In this document: positions 56,351 through 64,000 of the stretch, one piece after another
Layout of the letters: the number at the start of each line of letters is the position of its first letter
How positions within the stretch are numbered: position 1 is the first letter of the stretch
Notes under the pieces: generated by a model
What the model saw: the letters and a program-made list of their open reading frames with translations, nothing else
What the model was told of the DNA's origin: nothing
The model's database searches: none
Program-made: the position numbers and the translations under genes
Assembly: GCA_002305165.1 (NCBI GenBank)
Contig: DBQI01000057.1
Coordinates: 42,101 to 106,100, forward strand
DNA from: Armatimonadetes bacterium UBA1398
GTDB taxonomy: Bacteria > Armatimonadota > Zipacnadia > UBA1398
DNA length: 64,000 bases
Reading direction: 5' to 3'

Positions 56351-57844
56351 TTGGCGACTAGACCGCTCGACTCGGACGAGCCGAGCGAACAACAGCCCCT
56401 TCCCCCCACGCGGCCATCCCGGGTGCTGATGCACAGCCTGAGGTACATCACCCTGGCGTGGGCCTTTGGCGCTGCGTGGATGTACATAACCACCGGAGCC
56501 GCCCTAACCCGGGCCGCCCAGTTGTTTGGCATGCCTGCCTTCGGCTTCGGCCTTCTGGCGGCGCTCCCGTACGCCGGCAGCTTGATGCAGGTGCCCGCCA
56601 GCTACCTCATCGAGAAGTACGGCCACCGGAAGCCCGTTTTCCTGGTCAGCGGCCTCGTGCATCGTGCCCTGTGGTTCGCCATCGCCGCCATTCCATGGCT
56701 CATCCCGCCCGAGGCGTGGTGGATCGCGCTCCTGGTTCTGCTGGCGAGCTCCAGCTTCCTGGGCCACGTGTCCTCGCCCGGGGTAATGGCCTGGTTTGGT
56801 GACGTCATTCCCCGGCCTGTTCGCGGGCGGTACTTTTCGCGCCGCATGCAGGTGGGTCAGCTGACTGGTCTCATGGCGACACTGCTCGTTGGGTGGGCAT
56901 TGGACCGCACCGGCGCCGTAGACGAGCACAGCCTCCGGGTCACCGTAAGCGCGCTGTTCGCCGTCGCGGCGCTTGTGGGCGTCATCGACTACCTGCTCCT
57001 CGTCCGGCTTCCTGACCCATCGCCAGACCCGCCGAGTCCTAAGCTGAGCCTCCTAAGCATGATCAAGGCGCCGCTCGCCGATAGGCGCTTCCGACGCTAC
57101 CTCGGGTTCAACATGACCTTGACCTTCAGCCTGGGCTACGTGGGGCAGTTCATCTGGCTCTACGTCTTCGATGTGGTCGAGATGACCAACGCCCAGGCGA
57201 ACCTGATGCTGGTCGGCATCCCGCTGATCATATCGATGCTCAGTGTCCGCTTCTGGGGGAATCTCATCGATCAGCACGGTCGGCTCCCCGTGCTGGCCGT
57301 GTGCGGTGTGTGCATCATCTTCGGAGGGGCTTCGTGGGTTTTCGTCACCAAGGAGAGCTGGTGGCTGGGCTACTCCGCGTCGACCATCTCCATGTTCGCG
57401 TTCCCAGGGATGGATCTGGCGAACCTGAACCTCCTGCTCGGCCTGACCCGTCCCCCCGGCACGCGCCGTCAGAACAGCGCCTACCTCGCAGTGAACAGCG
57501 TGGCGATCGCTGTGGCGGGCATGCTCAGCGGCGTCTTCGGGGGGCTCGTTGCGCGGAACCTCGAGGGTTGGACGGGCTCACTCTTCGGATGGCCGCTCAC
57601 CTACCATGGACTGCTGCTTCTGATCTCCTCAGCCTTGCGCGGCCTGTCGCTGCTCTGGCTCATCGGAATGGAAGACCAGGGCGCGCACAGTACGCGCATG
57701 GCGATCCGTCAGGTGCGCGCCAATATCTACTCGAACATGCAGCAGGCGTTCCTGCTGCCCATGCGTCGGCTGGGCAGTATGCGCCGCAACACTTTCCGCG
57801 TGCGTGGCTTTCTGGCGGTGCCTCGCATCGGTCGCACCAGGTAG
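56351..57844 (+). CDS. MFS transporter
   Basis: About 12 TM helices; IEKYGHRK, RGRYFSRR and WGNLIDQHGR motifs. Confidence 0.88.
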   Translation: MATRPLDSDEPSEQQPLPPTRPSRVLMHSLRYITLAWAFGAAWMYITTGAALTRAAQLFGMPAFGFGLLAALPYAGSLMQVPASYLIEKYGHRKPVFLVSGLVHRALWFAIAAIPWLIPPEAWWIALLVLLASSSFLGHVSSPGVMAWFGDVIPRPVRGRYFSRRMQVGQLTGLMATLLVGWALDRTGAVDEHSLRVTVSALFAVAALVGVIDYLLLVRLPDPSPDPPSPKLSLLSMIKAPLADRRFRRYLGFNMTLTFSLGYVGQFIWLYVFDVVEMTNAQANLMLVGIPLIISMLSVRFWGNLIDQHGRLPVLAVCGVCIIFGGASWVFVTKESWWLGYSASTISMFAFPGMDLANLNLLLGLTRPPGTRRQNSAYLAVNSVAIAVAGMLSGVFGGLVARNLEGWTGSLFGWPLTYHGLLLLISSALRGLSLLWLIGMEDQGAHSTRMAIRQVRANIYSNMQQAFLLPMRRLGSMRRNTFRVRGFLAVPRIGRTR

Positions 57845-57896
57845 CTCACTGCGATGGAGCGCCTCTTGCAGCCAGTTCGCGCGGGCACGGAGCCCC

Positions 57897-57925
57897 TTGC
57901 GGCCGCGCGCGGCGCGGAGTATGGT
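57897..57925 (+). promoter_or_regulatory. Sigma70-like promoter upstream of the DegT-family gene
   Basis: TTGCGG-N17-TATGGT. Confidence 0.45.
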
Positions 57926-57980
57926 CATTCGTTGCACGCGGGCCTGGCGCCCGCCTCTGGGAAGCGAGGTGCGCGCTTAT

Positions 57981-59210
57981 ATGGGCGTCTTGGCGATCAC
58001 GGGTGGCACTCCGGTGCGCACAGACCCGTGGCCCACGTGGCCAATGAGTGGCGACGTGGAGGAGAGCGGCCTCCTTGAGGTGCTCCGCTCTGGGGCGTGG
58101 GGCAGTCAGTACGGCAAGTGCACCGAACGCTTCGAGGTGGGCTTCGGCAAGATCGCGGGGACGCGGCACTGCATCGCGACCACCACGGGCACGGCTGCTC
58201 TAGAGATCGCTTTCCAGGCGGTGGGGGTGGGCTGCGGCGACGAGGTGATCGTGCCCGCTTACACCTTCATGGCGACCGCCACCGCCGCTCTGGCCGTCTT
58301 CGCCAAGCCCGTCTTCGTTGACGTCAGTGCGGACACGTGGACCCTCGACCCCGCTGCTGTAGAGGCCGCGATCACCCCGCGCACTAAGGCGATCGTCCCC
58401 GTCCACGTTGCGGGCAACCCGTGCCGCATGGACGAGATCATGAGCATTGCACGGGAGCACGAGGTCGCGGTGGTGGAGGACGCGGCCCAGGCCCACGGGG
58501 GGATGTACAGAGGCCGACCGCTGGGCTCCGTGGGCGATGTCGCCTGCTTCAGCTTTCAGGCAAGCAAGAACGTGAGCAGTGGTGAGGGCGGCGCCATCAC
58601 CACCAACGACGACCGCATCGCCGAACGCTGCCGGCGTATCTACAATTGCGGCCGTCCGCGTGACCCCGAGATCGACGCAGGCCCCGTGATCGGGACCAAT
58701 GAGCGGATGACCGAGTTCCAGGCGGCCGTGCTCCTGGGGCAGCTGGAGCGGCTGGCTGAGCAGACCAAGACGCGTCAGGCCAGCGCCCGCCGTCTGCACG
58801 AACTCCTCGAGGGTGTGGAGGGCGTGAGCGGGGTGGCTATCCCAGGTGAGGGCTCGGCGAGCGCCGTCCATCTGTTCCTCGTCAACTACGATCCCGCGGC
58901 GTTCGCCGGCCTTCCGAAGGCCAAGATGCTCGAGGCGCTTGCTGCCGAGAACACGCCCGCGGCGCCTGGCTATACACCGATCCATCGCCTGGGCATGTTC
59001 GCGCGAGACAGCACGGGGCGCTCTGTGGCGGAGCGTGACACGGGTATGGAGCTGGACTTCTCGGGCACAGTATGTCCGTTTGCCGAGCGGATCTGCGGGG
59101 AGTACGGTTTCTGGATCTACCAGAAGCCGTTCCTGGCAGGCCCCGAGGCCATCGAGGACTACGCCCGAGCGCTGCTCAAGATCCAGAGGAACGCATCCGA
59201 ACTGCTGTAG
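57981..59210 (+). CDS. DegT/DnrJ/EryC1/StrS family PLP aminotransferase
   Basis: GDEVIVPAYTF, EDAAQAHG and FSFQASKN..GEGG motifs. Confidence 0.93.
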   Translation: MGVLAITGGTPVRTDPWPTWPMSGDVEESGLLEVLRSGAWGSQYGKCTERFEVGFGKIAGTRHCIATTTGTAALEIAFQAVGVGCGDEVIVPAYTFMATATAALAVFAKPVFVDVSADTWTLDPAAVEAAITPRTKAIVPVHVAGNPCRMDEIMSIAREHEVAVVEDAAQAHGGMYRGRPLGSVGDVACFSFQASKNVSSGEGGAITTNDDRIAERCRRIYNCGRPRDPEIDAGPVIGTNERMTEFQAAVLLGQLERLAEQTKTRQASARRLHELLEGVEGVSGVAIPGEGSASAVHLFLVNYDPAAFAGLPKAKMLEALAAENTPAAPGYTPIHRLGMFARDSTGRSVAERDTGMELDFSGTVCPFAERICGEYGFWIYQKPFLAGPEAIEDYARALLKIQRNASELL

Positions 59211-59218
59211 ACGGTGAA

Positions 59219-59253
59219 GCTGTTCCGGCCCACGGTCGGTGGGCCGGAACAGC
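59219..59253. terminator. Perfect 15-bp stem-loop between convergent genes
   Basis: GCTGTTCCGGCCCAC-ggtcg-GTGGGCCGGAACAGC. Confidence 0.65.
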
Positions 59254-59258
59254 GCTGA

Positions 59259-61295
59259 CTAGTACGGGAACTGCTTCACAGACCGGATAACCATCGCGAG
59301 GGCCGAGCCGGCCATACTCATCAGGCCCATCCCACACGCGAACCCCGCCATGAGTACCGGAGCCCAGAGTTTCCACTGCCTCCGGCCATAGCGCTTCTCG
59401 AAGTAGAAGCGGCTGAGCAAGGCGCCTACGAGTTGCAGGATGATGCCGTGAGGCATCTGTCCGGTGCCCCGAATGAGCCCATAGATAAACATCGTGGGCA
59501 TTCGGAAACTCGCCAGGATGGTGTAACCACCCATTGCCAGACCCAGCCAGATGAAGATGACTCGCACCTTGTCGGGACGGAACACGGCGTCGCGGAAGAA
59601 TGTCGAGTCCTCGCCCGTGGCCGTGAACCACAGGGCCTGCTGCATGGACTCCAAGGGCCACATCTTCTGGGCGTAGGGGTACGCCTGGGAGGGGATGGGT
59701 TGGAGTCGCCAGATGAACTGCCAGAAGAGGAAGCTGGTACCGAGGATCAGAGGGAACATGAGGATCTCGGCCTTGATGACCGAGGTCATCCGCGTTCCGG
59801 TGAGCTCGACGGTGCGGAAGAACTGGGCCTGGGGCCCCATGTCGCCCAGCGGGATCGGGGCGAACCAGATGTCAACCCCACGGTAACCTGAGAGGATGAA
59901 GCTGATCTCGCGGACCATGGGGATGGCGATGCCCTGGCCGATCAGACCCGTGAGCCGGGCGCTGATGTACGACATGACCGGGGTGTAGAAGAAGCCGAAG
60001 AACAGCAGCCACCACATGGGGAACCGCGGGATCAGTATGCGACAGATGACCACGAGGCAGGCCACGGACACCAGGTAGAAGGCGATGCAGAGCCAGATGG
60101 GGATGTCCCCTCTGGCCGCGCCCGTGACGCCCATCTCCTCCCGACGCTTGATGTCGCCTGCCTTCTTGGCCATGTAGAGGTTCTTGCCAACCTCCCAGAA
60201 GCCGATGATCCCAATGGCGATAGCGACACCGATCCCGGCGGGCAGCCAGTAGTCTTGCCAAGCCACGAAGGTGGTCTGAACGGTATCCATCCCAGGCTCG
60301 TAGTGGGGCATGTTGCCGGTTCGAACCAGGTGTGGGTTCACGAACATCGCGATCAAACTGGCGGCAGCCGTGCCCATCACGGCCCAGAAGGGGACGATGA
60401 AGCCGGATAGGATGCCGCTGACGTCGGTGGCGATACCCGTGGGCCAGCCGGGCAGGATCTTCTCGGTGCGCGTCGTGAGGTCGATGAAGGGGATGGGGAT
60501 GAGCTGTATTGGGTTGCTCAGCACCGATCCCGACAGAATCGGTATGAACAGGTAGAAAACGGACCACGCGAGCCCGATGACCGCTCCGACAGAGAAGATG
60601 TGCCAGCGCCAGGTTTCGCGCTTCTGAGTCTGCTCGGCAAGAGCGGTGGAGCCCTGCGCCGCAATGGGCGCGAAGGGGAACGGGAGTCGCTCTATGTCCG
60701 AGGTGATGCGGAACAGGATGAAACCGAGCCCAACCCACTGCAGACGCCCGATGATCTGGCCCAACACGAGCAGGCCGATGGGCACCAGCCAGTCGGCGTG
60801 GACGAAGGTGCGCTCGATGATGCCAGGCGAGTCGGGTTTCGGCACGACCCACTCAGGTATGCCGGCGGCGATCCCGAAGCCCTTGGCGGCTGGCGAACTC
60901 GCGAAGTACTGGGTCCATACGAGGTTCGCGAAGGGGCCTCCCGCGCGGCCGCTGCCCACCATGGTGGTAAGCGCGGCGGCCACGTAGAAGAGTATGTACA
61001 CTTCTTGCCGCGTGAGCTTCTGGAACGATCGCCGGGCGACCTCAGTGAATAGGATGATGGTGACCCACTCGGCCGCGGCGCTGATGCCGACGCCAGCCAC
61101 CAGCCCCAGGTAGATGGACGAGGGGATCATGATGAAGCAGATAAACAGGGCGCCGATGATCGTCCGCCGGTTGAACCCATCCTCGAAGGTGGATGGGACC
61201 TCCATTAGGGAGCGGTACTCCTCGAGCTCCCTATCGACGTACGGGCGTCTGCCCTGCTTCGGCTCTTCGCTCTCTATAGGTTCCTTCTCAGCCAA
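59259..61295 (-). CDS. OPT superfamily-like (oligopeptide transporter) membrane protein
   Basis: Many TM helices; FEDGFNRRTIIGALF, LTRQE, ERLPFP and IPSQAYP motifs. Confidence 0.72.
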   Translation of the reverse strand: MAEKEPIESEEPKQGRRPYVDRELEEYRSLMEVPSTFEDGFNRRTIIGALFICFIMIPSSIYLGLVAGVGISAAAEWVTIILFTEVARRSFQKLTRQEVYILFYVAAALTTMVGSGRAGGPFANLVWTQYFASSPAAKGFGIAAGIPEWVVPKPDSPGIIERTFVHADWLVPIGLLVLGQIIGRLQWVGLGFILFRITSDIERLPFPFAPIAAQGSTALAEQTQKRETWRWHIFSVGAVIGLAWSVFYLFIPILSGSVLSNPIQLIPIPFIDLTTRTEKILPGWPTGIATDVSGILSGFIVPFWAVMGTAAASLIAMFVNPHLVRTGNMPHYEPGMDTVQTTFVAWQDYWLPAGIGVAIAIGIIGFWEVGKNLYMAKKAGDIKRREEMGVTGAARGDIPIWLCIAFYLVSVACLVVICRILIPRFPMWWLLFFGFFYTPVMSYISARLTGLIGQGIAIPMVREISFILSGYRGVDIWFAPIPLGDMGPQAQFFRTVELTGTRMTSVIKAEILMFPLILGTSFLFWQFIWRLQPIPSQAYPYAQKMWPLESMQQALWFTATGEDSTFFRDAVFRPDKVRVIFIWLGLAMGGYTILASFRMPTMFIYGLIRGTGQMPHGIILQLVGALLSRFYFEKRYGRRQWKLWAPVLMAGFACGMGLMSMAGSALAMVIRSVKQFPY

Positions 61296-61331
61296 GCTCG
61301 CCTCGAGCCTCCCCTCGTACCCGTCCTCGCG

Positions 61332-64000
61332 CTAGTCTGCAGCGGTTGGTTCGGGCTGCTTCTCCTCGTCGGCGGATGGTCCGTTGCCCTGAGCAGTCTT
61401 CAGCATCGCGACCAGTTCGGGGTCGCCGACACCGATCTCCATCTCCCGCTCGATGTACGGCTTCCGTGTCTCCAGGTTGAACGTCCGCCAGAGGAGGAAC
61501 TGCTGCCTCAGGATGGTGAGCAGGTTGCGCGTGAGCCGGATCCACGAAGCCTCGTCCCCATCCTCACGCTTGATGAGGGCGAAGAAGCCGTAGGAGCCTT
61601 CGCCCATCTCGGGCGTGGGCTGGGAGATGATCGTGAACCGCTCCCGTACGCCCAGATCGTAGGGCGCCAGCCAGAGAGTAGCCGAGAGCTGGTAGCAGTC
61701 GCCGTCCACCTCGTCGACCGTGATCGGCATCTCCGCCAAGTGCACGTTGTCCGCGGAGAACTGGCCCGTGGAGTACTCAACATGGGCTGATAGATAGTCG
61801 TGTATGAACACGTTCAGACCACGCACATCGCCCCGAGTCGAGGAGAAGGGCAGGTCGATGGCGAGCACACCCTCCTTGGGGTCCACCATGCGCCAGCGAC
61901 GGTCGATGCCGGGCGTCGCCAGCCGGGAGGCCATCTGAGCCGGATAGGCCGTCGAGGCGAGTACGGTCAGCATAACGATGATGATGGTAGCCACGGCCGA
62001 CACGGACGAGTAGTTGAGACTCAGTGCGCCCCCGAAGAGGTTCCACATCACCACGAATTTGGAGAGTGTCTGGCCCACCAGATAGCCACAAACCGCGCCC
62101 AGAACCGCGTACACCAGCGCTTCAGCCACGAAGAGGGAGGCTACGTGAACCGGCGCTAGGCCGAGGCTGGAGAAGATGCCGATCTCCCGGGTTCGCTCGT
62201 AGACCGAACCGAGCATGGTGTTCAGCACGATGAGGGCCGCGATGAACAGCGGAACGAGCACGCTGCCCGCGCCCTGCACGTCCTTCCGCTGCCGGGTGCT
62301 GAGCAGGTAGTTGTCGTCGCCTACTCGTGCGTAGACATTGAGTTCGATGCGCTGGAGGAGACTCGGGATCGCCTCGCGCAACCGTTCCTCATCCTCGAAC
62401 TTCACGGCGATGGAGCGCAGTGTCCCGCCCGCATCGAGGGCGAAGTCAAGGTTCACAAACCCCACAAGGTCGGGAGGTAGATGGGTATAGCGCTCGATGG
62501 CGTCCTCGCCACCTCCCTGGGCGCTGCCCCCCTCACGACGCTGCTGCTGCATGCTCTGGTAGTCGACGGGGGTGATCTCCTCGGAGTCGACGTCCTTGAT
62601 CTCCGAGACCTGGAGCTTGCCATCATCCTCAAGTAGGCCGGACGCTCCGGCCCCTGCCTGCTTGGCGTCGACGATGCCAATGAGCTCGGCTCCCCACCCG
62701 AGCACTTGAACTTCAGCCCCCGGACGATCGGGTGTCGCCACATCGTCCGGCGTCAGCCCCAGGATGGTGCACATATGAGCGGGGAGGATGCACTTGGGGC
62801 CACGGTCGGTCGGCTCGAACCAGCGCCCGTGGATCAGCGTCTGATCGATACCCGTGACCTCCTTCTCCTGGGGAGAAAGCCCCACGAGGGCCCGAGCATC
62901 GATGGACAGGTCGCCGTACTCGAGAGGAACAAAGCTCACGTTGCCCACCTGGGAGGCGATATACCAAGCTCGGGGCGCGATCGTGACATCCGGCCGGTTC
63001 TCGAACTCGTTCTCCAGGATGCGGCGCGCGGGCAGGCCGAGCGGCTCCCACTGGAGTTGTCTGATCAGGAGCCCTTGATAGGCGCCACCCGGATCGGTGG
63101 GCCTCCAATTGAGCTTCACCTCTTCAACAACGGAGGTGAAGCTGATCACCGTAAAGGTGAGAAGAATGAGCGTCACGCACGTGAGGGCGGTCCGCGTCTT
63201 ACGGCGACGCATGTTCGCGACGCCCAAGCTGAAGGCGGTTCCGGAGGCGGACAGGCGGCCGACGTCCGTCTCCCGGACGCCTGTGACCTGCTGGCGCAGC
63301 AGCCTCATGCGGTGGTCAAACTGGCTAACGATGAGGCTGGAGACCATCACCGCCAGGGCGAGCATTATGAAGGCCAGCAGCACGATGATCGGCTGCTTGG
63401 TGAGCTCGAAGGCGGGGTGCACGAACCACAGCACCATGAAGATGATGATGAAGAAGCCCGTGGCGCCCGCGACCTGCTTGACGATGTGGGGCGAAGCCAG
63501 GAACAGCCGCTCCATGAAGTACGCGAACGGAATGAGCAGCGCTAGGTAGAAGATGACGGCCTTCACGACGTCTGTCGTCGTCTTCATAACGTCGGGATAG
63601 ACGCGCATCTCGTAGGCGAGCGCGGTACGGACACTGGACAGGAAGCTCGCGTAGTCGTAGCTCTCCAGCGCCGCCTCGGCCTGGTCTATGTAGAGCTTGG
63701 CATCGCTGTGCATGTCCGAGGAGCGCTTGTTCTTGATGCCGTACCGGGTCAGTGTCTGTATGCGGTGTTCGTCTATAGCCCACAGGTCGTTCACGACGTA
63801 CCACGGCGTGGGCGTCAGATGCGGGTTCTCGGTGAAGTTGTAGCCGCGGCCCGTGGGGTAATCGGCGTCGGCATTGAGCAGGATAAACCGCATGCCGAGC
63901 GCTCCCGCGCCGAGCAGGAGCTTCAGGTGCTCCTCGTCGTACTCGGCCGCCTCGTTCTGTTGGCCTCCGACGAACTCGCGGGCGGCGAAAACGGTCGCGA
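61332..64000 (-). CDS. Large FtsX/MacB-like permease domain protein, 5' end outside the window
   Basis: NMRRRKTRTALT and SVYERTREIGIFSSLGL...FVAEA motifs; frame stays open from 63893 to the window edge. Confidence 0.82.
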   Translation of the reverse strand, partial: ATVFAAREFVGGQQNEAAEYDEEHLKLLLGAGALGMRFILLNADADYPTGRGYNFTENPHLTPTPWYVVNDLWAIDEHRIQTLTRYGIKNKRSSDMHSDAKLYIDQAEAALESYDYASFLSSVRTALAYEMRVYPDVMKTTTDVVKAVIFYLALLIPFAYFMERLFLASPHIVKQVAGATGFFIIIFMVLWFVHPAFELTKQPIIVLLAFIMLALAVMVSSLIVSQFDHRMRLLRQQVTGVRETDVGRLSASGTAFSLGVANMRRRKTRTALTCVTLILLTFTVISFTSVVEEVKLNWRPTDPGGAYQGLLIRQLQWEPLGLPARRILENEFENRPDVTIAPRAWYIASQVGNVSFVPLEYGDLSIDARALVGLSPQEKEVTGIDQTLIHGRWFEPTDRGPKCILPAHMCTILGLTPDDVATPDRPGAEVQVLGWGAELIGIVDAKQAGAGASGLLEDDGKLQVSEIKDVDSEEITPVDYQSMQQQRREGGSAQGGGEDAIERYTHLPPDLVGFVNLDFALDAGGTLRSIAVKFEDEERLREAIPSLLQRIELNVYARVGDDNYLLSTRQRKDVQGAGSVLVPLFIAALIVLNTMLGSVYERTREIGIFSSLGLAPVHVASLFVAEALVYAVLGAVCGYLVGQTLSKFVVMWNLFGGALSLNYSSVSAVATIIIVMLTVLASTAYPAQMASRLATPGIDRRWRMVDPKEGVLAIDLPFSSTRGDVRGLNVFIHDYLSAHVEYSTGQFSADNVHLAEMPITVDEVDGDCYQLSATLWLAPYDLGVRERFTIISQPTPEMGEGSYGFFALIKREDGDEASWIRLTRNLLTILRQQFLLWRTFNLETRKPYIEREMEIGVGDPELVAMLKTAQGNGPSADEEKQPEPTAAD

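Noticed and set aside
28-64000. Amber (TAG) recoding, CRISPR arrays, IS elements or prophage
   Set aside because: TAG falls at natural C-termini, and I saw no repeat-spacer arrays, transposases or phage genes.

Overview
A GC-rich, gene-dense bacterial chromosomal segment with about 49 CDS and one tRNA-Ser(TGA). I found no CRISPR array, rRNA, integrase or transposase. Housekeeping content: two signal peptidases I with rnhB; a serine operon (class V aminotransferase, serA, DUF1015, M42 peptidase); a stand-alone ftsZ; a long minus-strand run (dut, tRNA-Ser, greA, lysS, recF, dciA, dusB); and a partial futalosine menaquinone cluster (ubiX, UbiA-like, mqnE, mqnA, mqnC). Between these sit many exported carbohydrate-related proteins. 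The gene content suggests an Armatimonadota-like or other uncultured lineage, which is inference only. The best candidates for an undescribed system are: (1) a six-gene ABC-2 locus whose permeases and ATPase are interleaved with a GH99-like protein, a Tat-exported isomerase-like protein and a malectin/degenerate-GH protein; (2) an OPT-like plus very large FtsX-like membrane module; (3) a discoidin/hydrazine-synthase-alpha-like triheme protein; (4) DUF1015 in the place where serB would be expected; (5) a TPR-deacetylase plus hydrolase module back-to-back with ftsZ; (6) a membrane pseudokinase. All family calls come from reading motifs by eye, not from database searches.
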